IMG/VR virus record: IMGVR_UViG_3300028591_000145
Origin: an uncultured virus (IMG/VR IMGVR_UViG_3300028591_000145)
Lineage: Duplodnaviria > Heunggongvirae > Uroviricota > Caudoviricetes
Reading direction: 5' to 3' (one strand)
Length of the DNA: 33,664 nt
The notes under the pieces: generated by a model
Seen by the model: the letters and a program-made list of their open reading frames with translations, nothing else
Told to the model about the DNA's origin: nothing
The model's database searches: none
Made by a program: the position numbers and the translations under genes
Shown: piece by piece, positions 26,501-33,664 of the stretch
How the letters are laid out: every line of letters starts with the position of its first letter
Position numbering within the stretch: position 1 is the stretch's first letter

Positions 26501-27413
26501 TCGCGATTGCTTCTTCTGGTTTTAACTTCTTCATATCTACATCCTTTTCTGCATCTGCAATACAATGTTTCATCATCATCTATCCTCTTATAAACATGCT
26601 TGCATGTCATACACTTTTCGACCCAATCATCAATCGCCGCCTGTCTATCAATCAGATCGTTCATTCTTCCCGCCATTCTGCATAACAACACCAATCTAAC
26701 GGCTTAACCCCGTGATTCCAAAATCCGCATCGTCTGTCGTGGCATATCCAATGCTTACAGTCTGCACAGACTATAATCTCAAGCTGTGTGGATGGTAGTC
26801 TACTTACCATATCATGTAATTCAGAATACACATGCCAATTATCCGGTGATACAATCGGATGTAACGTAGTATCAAGGTAATTAAGAATTTCCTGTATTTC
26901 CGTTGACGGTTCGGACTGCGCGGATGGCAACTTTGTTAATATGTCTTCTATAAAACAATTTATACAATCCTGTATAGAGGTTCTTTGAAAATACTCATCA
27001 TGAAAATATCTTTTTAGTTCATCAATCACATTCCGTCTACTTATCGTATCTTCTGTATTTTTGTCGGGAACATCCTGTGCCTGAAGTGCGGAGATCGCCC
27101 CCAAACTATTTCTGAATTTATTAAGTATCATCTGTGCCCTCTGCTTATCGGCATACGTTACATCTGGCGTTGGATGCGTTATTGTTAACCACGCTTCGTT
27201 GTACTCAAATTTTGCACTTTTGAGGATTTTCAGCCATTCCGCAAGCTGCCTGTGTTCATCAGCGCATTTCTTGCATTCGACATATCCATCTTCAGCAATT
27301 TTTCGATCTGGATGAGTTTCCAATTTTGAAATTCGATAGAATTCCTTCGCAGAATCATCGTTTTCCTTCGCTACTTCTTCCATATATTTAATCGCTTCTT
27401 CCAGTTCCATCAC
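23538..27413 (-). repeat. Tandem array of modular paralogous ORFs (23538, 24061, 24228, 24664, 25397, 25611, 25864, 26112, 26467, 26661) sharing 'D.(V/I)SR.AAID...LPS(A/T)QPE' and Zn-finger modules
   Basis: Motifs recur about ten times in the translations. DNA repeats include a 36-bp pair at 24525 and 25081 (one mismatch). True starts are often downstream of those in the track. Confidence 0.8.
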
Positions 27414-27634
27414 TCGTTCTCCTGTTTCAACTCAAAAATCTGTTCCCACATCCAATTCATAGCAACCAACATTTTACTTTTTCTAATGCTGTTATGATTT
27501 TCCATGTCAATAATCTTGCGAATCGCCAAGCCTTTTTCTCCGATAGTATATGCATCATCAAAAATGTTGTTAAAGATCTTTATTGCCGTTCCAATGTTCA
27601 TCACTCGCTCTCCAATTCTTCGTACTCCTGACAT
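27410..27634 (-). CDS. Hypothetical protein
   Basis: ORF in the operon; start probably MNIGT. Confidence 0.55.
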   Translation of the reverse strand: MSGVRRIGERVMNIGTAIKIFNNIFDDAYTIGEKGLAIRKIIDMENHNSIRKSKMLVAMNWMWEQIFELKQENE

Positions 27635-27746
27635 TGTGGCAAAAATCCTGCCGCTGTCATTTCTCTATCACTGATCGTTATACTGCTCAATTCGCATGTA
27701 TCATCATCGTCATGGTTTTTACAAGATTCGCAATAGCACCAGATCA

Positions 27747-28079
27747 TCACTCGCCCTCCTCCCAGTCAATCGCCTGACCACACCATTTACAATGAGAATC
27801 GCCAACACGCAAACCTGTTTGAGATTTGACAAATTGGCTCACTCTAAGCGTTCTCCCGCAGACAGGGCAGCACTCCGTTTTGCTTTCTGCTATTTCGGGG
27901 TCAGCCCTCTTTATCACTTCTCGTATCTTTTCCGCAAATGCATATCCCATAACTGGTTTCTTCGGTATCTGCTTCTCCATCGCTTCCATCGCAATCTCTC
28001 GCGCCCACGGATCAACGTCAAGTGATGATTCAATGTGACTGATAGCACATTCTATACGATCTATTTTCTGCTCTTTCAT
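27747..28079 (-). CDS. Zn-ribbon phage protein
   Basis: EKQIPKKP...CPVCG...CKWCGQAIDW. Confidence 0.7.
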   Translation of the reverse strand: MKEQKIDRIECAISHIESSLDVDPWAREIAMEAMEKQIPKKPVMGYAFAEKIREVIKRADPEIAESKTECCPVCGRTLRVSQFVKSQTGLRVGDSHCKWCGQAIDWEEGE

Positions 28080-28277
28080 TTATATATCTCCCATACACCC
28101 AAAATTTTTATAATCAGGGCAATGATAATATTTAAACTTTTTAAGAAGACATTTATCACCTTCAAAATTGAATTCACATTCTTTGCATCTGAATGCCAAA
28201 TTAGGACGTTCTTTATCTCTACAGTATATTTTTGCAAACATATCTAATGCCATAGTTGCTAAATATTCATCGCTCAT
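28080..28277 (-). CDS. Small Cys-rich protein
   Basis: 65 aa with RBS. Confidence 0.55.
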   Translation of the reverse strand: MSDEYLATMALDMFAKIYCRDKERPNLAFRCKECEFNFEGDKCLLKKFKYYHCPDYKNFGCMGDI

Positions 28278-28495
28278 TGTTTCTATCCTTTTCTTTTTAC
28301 CAATGTCTACACCATCCTACCATCACTGATGTATAACTAAGATACATGCCAGATACCTCACAATGGCAAATCGTGTATAGCGTTTTTTCATTTCTCTCCC
28401 TGATACAATGCCTACAGTTGCAGCAGACTTTTTCGTTTTTTTACACTCATACAACTATATTCTTATTCTTCAACCAACAGTGAAATTTCATTCAT

Positions 28496-29139
28496 TTATA
28501 CCTTTTCTATAAAACATTCGCATCCGTAATCAAATGCGCTTTCATTTCCAGTCATCCAAACCATTGTTCCCTCAGAAGCAAATATATCGCAAATAAAGCC
28601 ACTTTCTTTGATATGTTCACATCCGTTACCGTAATATCTGAACTGTACTAAATCAAATCTATGCTTACATTTCTCACACTTCGGAAATATTTCCTTCTCC
28701 ATCGTCTTTACTCCATTGTATACTTTTTCCACATTGAGGACAGAATTGATATCTGATTTGTTTACTTGTTATCGGCTTTAGAATTCTTTTACAGTTAGGA
28801 CACCTCTCGTAAAAGGTGTCCTTATCCGGTTTTTCTGCAACATTTAACTTAACAGCTTTCATTATTTTGTCGTAAATCATCAATTCACTAAGTGAATCAA
28901 TCTTCCATCTCTCTACTAAAAACTGTCTAATCTCTTCTGCTGTAATATTATTCATTTTTTTCCTCTTCTTTATTCTCTATACTTAGATAGCCGTTTGAAA
29001 TCAATGTCTGAAGTATATCAGCTACCAAATGATCACCAACCCTATTTGAAATATTTACTGTGTTGATTCCATAATCACTAATAATTGAACTTACGCATTC
29101 CCACATTGTTTTGTTTTCCTTTTCTCTTGTGTTAGCCAT
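28496..29139 (-). CDS. Three small ORFs (28496-28732 Cys-rich; 28674-28955 Zn-ribbon; 28948-29139 hypothetical)
   Basis: CPNC...CPQCG in the middle ORF; overlapping operon arrangement. Confidence 0.6.
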
Positions 29140-29304
29140 TTTTTTATTCCTCTTTATCTTTGTTTTCTTTAAGTATTTGATGCGTCCAAAGTATAGTTAC
29201 AATTAAATATAATACCGTTAGAATATAATGCCCTGACCATAATGTGATAAATGTCATAAAGGCACATATAATCATCATTGCTGTTGCCATTCTAAAAACC
29301 TCTA

Positions 29305-30402
29305 TCAGATGTTAACAGGCAATACCATGTAGAAGTAATTCATATCTTCGTCTTTGATGTAACACGGAGATTTAGCACCTGCAAATGAAAGTTTCACTAT
29401 ATTATCAGGTGTTGCTTTAATAGCATCTGCCAACAAATGAGGATTAAAACCTACATGCAAATCTTCACCCTGTTTATCTACGTCAAGCGATTCTGCCATT
29501 GCGCCTGTAGGAGAATTGATTGAGAACTCAATCTCGTTATCACTAATGTCTAAGATAATAGGCTTTTTATCCCCGGCTTTAACAAACAGTCCTGCACGTT
29601 CGATACATTCAATTAACGCATTCTTGTCAACTGTAACCTGCGTTGTGCAGTTGGCGTTGATTACCCGATTAACGTCAAAGTATTCACCGTCAATCAATCT
29701 TGTTGTAATGATTGTATCTTCAATCTTCAGGACTAAATGATTATCGTAAGAATAGATATATACATCTTCATTAGACGCAGGATTGATGATTTTGCTGATC
29801 TCATTCATTGACTTAGCGGGAACAACAACTTTCATATCTGGATGACCGGAAAGCGTATTGACTTCACGAAGAGCCATTCTGTGACCGTCAAGAGCCACAA
29901 TCCTGAGATTATCGTCCTTAATCTGGAATAACTCGCCTGTCATTACCTTGCTTGTTTCATTTGTGGCTACTGAAAATAGTGTTCCTTGAATCATTTCTCT
30001 AAGAGCATCACCTGAGATTAAAAACGGATTTTCTGTTTCTATCTCTGGAAGTCCTGTAAACATTTCAGGATTTTGCCCGGAAATTGAAAACCTTGCTTTG
30101 CCTGATTTAATCGTTGTCACATAGTTATCATCGACACTGACTGAAATATCGCCGCTAGGCATTTTACTAATAATGCTCTGAAACATCTTTGCATCCAGTG
30201 CGACAATACCCGGTTCCGTAACTTCTGCATCAATGGTTGTCATAATCCCAATTTCTAAGTCGTTACCAGTCAGTTCAAGGCTGTTTCCTTCTGCCTTAAC
30301 TAACATGCAGGACATAATTGTCATTGTTGAATGTGACGGAACTGCTTTGATTGCAATATTGATACCGCGATTAAGCGATGTTTTACTGACTTTGAATTTC
30401 AT
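29305..30402 (-). CDS. dnaN: DNA polymerase III beta sliding clamp
   Basis: 365 aa; NDLEIGI, VALDGHRMA, RLIDGEYFD, GFNPHLL, MVLPVNI. Confidence 0.95.
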   Translation of the reverse strand: MKFKVSKTSLNRGINIAIKAVPSHSTMTIMSCMLVKAEGNSLELTGNDLEIGIMTTIDAEVTEPGIVALDAKMFQSIISKMPSGDISVSVDDNYVTTIKSGKARFSISGQNPEMFTGLPEIETENPFLISGDALREMIQGTLFSVATNETSKVMTGELFQIKDDNLRIVALDGHRMALREVNTLSGHPDMKVVVPAKSMNEISKIINPASNEDVYIYSYDNHLVLKIEDTIITTRLIDGEYFDVNRVINANCTTQVTVDKNALIECIERAGLFVKAGDKKPIILDISDNEIEFSINSPTGAMAESLDVDKQGEDLHVGFNPHLLADAIKATPDNIVKLSFAGAKSPCYIKDEDMNYFYMVLPVNI

Positions 30403-30962
30403 TTATCCACCTTCCTATACTCTTCAAGTTCTTTTCTGTAAGCTGCTGTATAGACATATCCGCAACAGTTAAATTCGCTACAATGCCCACGGTATAAGCA
30501 GTCTTTAACCATAACACTAGCCATTACAGGATCAACTTTTTCTATTAAGTCTTTAGCTTCTTCCCACGCTTCTCTTGTTTCTTTCGCTGCCTGATTGCAT
30601 AATCGTTTCCTACTGATGTTTATAAGAGCCTGTGCATTAGCAACCATCATGTAGTCTACAGGCGCATCCTGTGGCAAATCTGAACGTTTAGCGTGCGTTT
30701 CTGATCTGTCTTCCCTTTGAGACTTAACGAAATGCTCACAACCTATTCTGTGACGTACAAGGTGCATGACCTGAAAATACGGAATGTTCTTAAACTTTAT
30801 CGTATAGTGAAGTAATCTAATTGGCGAATGTTCAGCTAGTAAAATCTGCTTTTTCCATGTATTTGTCGGTTCTTTTCCTACACCGTCTTTGCCGATTGTT
30901 TTTCTGGCAGCTTCTTTAACATCGTTCCATTCTTCGCTTCTAAAGCTAACACTTTCAATCAT
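30399..30962 (-). CDS. thyX: FAD-dependent thymidylate synthase
   Basis: AEHSPI, HLVRHRIGCEHFVKSQR (RHR-X7-S), KRLC..A..E.R. Confidence 0.88.
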   Translation of the reverse strand: MIESVSFRSEEWNDVKEAARKTIGKDGVGKEPTNTWKKQILLAEHSPIRLLHYTIKFKNIPYFQVMHLVRHRIGCEHFVKSQREDRSETHAKRSDLPQDAPVDYMMVANAQALINISRKRLCNQAAKETREAWEEAKDLIEKVDPVMASVMVKDCLYRGHCSEFNCCGYVYTAAYRKELEEYRKVDK

Positions 30963-31079
30963 CTTTATTCCTCATCTTCTTTTAACCAGTCTATAAAACC
31001 TTTATGTCCTGTATAGCAATAGTCATTTGCTATGCATATATCACAGTCCGATATTGTTTCACATAGATAATCTGCTAGT

Positions 31080-31490
31080 TCACTGTCCGTCATTTCCCGG
31101 ATTGCATCTGCTTTGCTTCTGTTCATTTAATGCACCTGTTCCTATAGTCATACCTTTACCATCTATAGATATCCATTTGCCAGATTCTCTTATATCAAAA
31201 CTCTGATTTATTGCATTCGCTAAAGCCTGTACAAGATTTTCGTCTTCTGACATTTCTTGTTTTCCAATATGAAACAGAATTCCGTGTATAATTTCATGAC
31301 ATAAAGTTTCTATCTTTAACTGTTCTGCAATATCTTTATTGATATAAATTTTTGCATTTGCATAATCAATATATCCAAACTTTATATCATCTATCTGAAA
31401 TCTATCTTTTTCATAAATTACATCATGCGGAATTCCGCAAATATTTACATTCGTGACCATAACTACCTCTAAACCTTTGTTTAATTTCAA
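31080..31490 (-). CDS. HExxH metallopeptidase-like phage protein
   Basis: ETLCHEIIHGIL...DENLV. Confidence 0.65.
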   Translation of the reverse strand: MKLNKGLEVVMVTNVNICGIPHDVIYEKDRFQIDDIKFGYIDYANAKIYINKDIAEQLKIETLCHEIIHGILFHIGKQEMSEDENLVQALANAINQSFDIRESGKWISIDGKGMTIGTGALNEQKQSRCNPGNDGQ

Positions 31491-31647
31491 ACACCATGCT
31501 CCAATTCATAGTCCTCGCATTTTTCACGGAACATGACTCCAAAATTTGATTCGTGTTCTTTGTTGCAATAATAGTAGATATAATATTCATCTGTGACTTC
31601 ATTATGTAACAGCTTTATGTATTTGTTTTCACAGTTATTGCATAGAT

Positions 31648-31857
31648 TCATAGCTTGTCCTTTAAATACTGTTCAAATTCTTCACATTGCTTCTTGTAAT
31701 CTTTACTGACCTCATACTGGTTACATGTCCAGAATTCTTTTCTACCATCCCACATTGTATATACTGAATTTGAAGCTAATTTCAATGCTTTTGCTGAACA
31801 TGTATGTTTATCTGTATTATGAATACATTCGATTGAACCACATACTATTTTTGTCAT
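31648..31857 (-). CDS. Small Cys-rich protein
   Basis: 69 aa; GGGG RBS. Confidence 0.6.
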   Translation of the reverse strand: MTKIVCGSIECIHNTDKHTCSAKALKLASNSVYTMWDGRKEFWTCNQYEVSKDYKKQCEEFEQYLKDKL

Positions 31858-31979
31858 ATAAAATCCCCGTCAAATAAACTGGTTTGACTTTCAATTTGTG
31901 TATATTGTTTTGCTCTATTCATATGATTTCTAATTTACAACGGTGTTTTTCATCTGCACCAAATAACTTATGCATATAA

Positions 31980-32654
31980 TCAATGTTTTTCATTAAATGT
32001 TTCTTCTTTCCGCTGCATATATTGCTCTTTTGAAATTTCTATAAAACCATCTTTAGTTTCCGTAAAATATCTGTCAATATTTTCTTGTTTTCCTTCTGGT
32101 GTAATCATATATAAATATGCTTTATGATCAAATTCTCCTATCGCATTTGGGTGTAGATAATAAAAATCTTCTGTATATACCTTATATGGTTTATTATGGG
32201 GTAAATATGGCATAGTTATAGGGTATTTTTCATAAACTAAATTATTTGCTTTGAAATCATGCCAACATGTATTATTTTTTACATCTGTGCAAATGACATA
32301 GTCATTATCGGTATATTTTATATTATTATCTTTATCAATTTCCTTAAACAGCGAACTCATTCTATTGTTTTGATATACTTTCGTTCCATCCAAATCTTTT
32401 GTATAAGAATATTCCCACACATCAGACGTATCTTCTATCGGTGTAAGACATTTTCCATCTATAAGGCGATTTAATATATTTTTCGTAAACGCAATACTCA
32501 TTCCGCTATGATTATCTTCACAAAGGCTTTTAAATGCTTTTAATGCTGAATCATAGCAAGCGCATCCATAATCCCACTCATCTTCTTGATTGTCTACACG
32601 TTCTATATTTTTAGCTATTTCAATTTCTCTTCTAGCCCATTCATACATTCTCAT
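31980..32654 (-). CDS. Conserved hypothetical phage protein
   Basis: 224 aa; HSGMS...LTPIED motif; GGAG RBS. Confidence 0.75.
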   Translation of the reverse strand: MRMYEWARREIEIAKNIERVDNQEDEWDYGCACYDSALKAFKSLCEDNHSGMSIAFTKNILNRLIDGKCLTPIEDTSDVWEYSYTKDLDGTKVYQNNRMSSLFKEIDKDNNIKYTDNDYVICTDVKNNTCWHDFKANNLVYEKYPITMPYLPHNKPYKVYTEDFYYLHPNAIGEFDHKAYLYMITPEGKQENIDRYFTETKDGFIEISKEQYMQRKEETFNEKH

Positions 32655-32708
32655 AATTTAATATCTCCATAACTGGTTATGTTCATCTATATCTATTAAA
32701 ACTTATGT

Positions 32709-33308
32709 TTATTGATATGACCATTCATATTCATTTTTTATAGGCCATTCAAATCCAAAATCAGTACGCTTGATTTTACACATCGGTTCATTGTTTAACC
32801 AAAATACAATACCTTCGATTCCGTTAGAATTTAGATATTCTTTAATTCCATTAAATGTACGTTCAGGATGAATTATGTCATTCCCGTGAGGAATCAATAC
32901 ATCATATGCCATATCATATGGATTTCCATTAAAGTGTTTCCCAACTGCTTCATATGTGCCTTTTGTTAAAACTATATGACAATATCTTCGCGTAAAATCG
33001 TATGCTGCCCAAAACCATTTATCCGCAGAATTGTCTCTGCCACACTTTACCCAATGAGGATGATGACCTGTTATCGGGTCTGGATCGCAACAAGGTATTG
33101 CACCTTCTGGTGGCTTTTTACCTCTTTTTGCATCATATCGCCTATATAATTCTCCATTTATAATCGCACAACAAGCACCATCCCATTTTATTGTTGCATC
33201 TCCTTTACCTTCCAGTACCCATTCCATACCGGGATAGACTTCATCTGTTATGCCAACGATTTTATGATCGTTATATATTCGTTGGAACAATGTCGGTATC
33301 TTCTTCAT
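32709..33308 (-). CDS. Putative ATP-dependent RNA ligase (DUF5565 / RLIG1-like)
   Basis: MKKIPTLF, motif I KWDG, motif III YEAVG, motif IV EGIVF, motif V KIKR.DFG. Confidence 0.75.
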   Translation of the reverse strand: MKKIPTLFQRIYNDHKIVGITDEVYPGMEWVLEGKGDATIKWDGACCAIINGELYRRYDAKRGKKPPEGAIPCCDPDPITGHHPHWVKCGRDNSADKWFWAAYDFTRRYCHIVLTKGTYEAVGKHFNGNPYDMAYDVLIPHGNDIIHPERTFNGIKEYLNSNGIEGIVFWLNNEPMCKIKRTDFGFEWPIKNEYEWSYQ

Positions 33309-33310
33309 GA

Positions 33311-33622
33311 TTATTTTCCTATCTCATCTACTATTACCGTTCCTGTCGTATAGCAAATCACATGTCGTTTACCGTTCTCATCATTGAAAATGATTTTATC
33401 GTATTTATAATCAATATCGAATTTTCCTGAATACTGCTTAATTAGATTTCCTGTAGAGTCATATACTTCAACTGTTTTTTCAATGCCCCCATTTATGTTT
33501 GAAGTCTGTGTCTTATATGCTCGATTACCTGATTCTGCGTTACCGTACCACCAAAGCATTCCTATGAGCAAAATAGCAATAATCGGTGTTGCATATAGAG
33601 TTCCATGCCAAAAACTATCCAT
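33311..33622 (-). CDS. Membrane-anchored hypothetical protein
   Basis: N-terminal TM helix; VEVYD..G..IK.Y.GKFDI. Confidence 0.65.
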   Translation of the reverse strand: MDSFWHGTLYATPIIAILLIGMLWWYGNAESGNRAYKTQTSNINGGIEKTVEVYDSTGNLIKQYSGKFDIDYKYDKIIFNDENGKRHVICYTTGTVIVDEIGK

Positions 33623-33664
33623 ACCATCACTAATAACTGAATTGATAATGCAAGCTAAAAACGT

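Noticed and set aside
23538..27413. Diversity-generating retroelement TR/VR pair
   Set aside because: No reverse transcriptase in the window; repeats are short and differences are not obviously adenine-specific.
1..33664. Stop-codon reassignment
   Set aside because: Long genes (nrdD, dnaN, thyX, ardA) are intact in code 11 and no suppressor tRNA is seen.

Overview
This window is a fragment of a large tailed-phage or prophage genome, most likely infecting a gut or rumen Bacillota (Clostridia/Lachnospiraceae-like) host. No integrase, terL or structural genes are visible. (1) 1-5 kb, mostly minus strand: a probable small terminase, an XRE-HTH gene, and an RNA-rich cluster in which two HU genes bracket tRNA(CAU), a ~560-nt ROOL-like large ncRNA and tRNA-Tyr, followed by a fused glycosyltransferase running off the left edge. 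(2) 5.4-15 kb: a divergently transcribed early/anti-defence island (ArdA, DarA-like, DUF4313, HExxH peptidase, many tiny ORFs). It is built from promoter-ORF-terminator cassettes around an RHH gene with seven operator repeats. Its intergenic spacers hold two twister ribozymes, two tRNA-like cloverleaves, a kissing-loop leader and oriented GAGGGCTAC motifs. (3) 15-33.6 kb, minus strand: replication and nucleotide metabolism (DUF5565-like RNA ligase, thyX, dnaN, glutaredoxin, intein-containing nrdD, nrdG, probable NrdR boxes, a frameshifted HAD phosphatase, an HTH-T5orf172 fusion) plus a modular array of 'SRQAAID...LPSAQPE'/Zn-finger paralogues. All calls come from manual reading; no searches were run.
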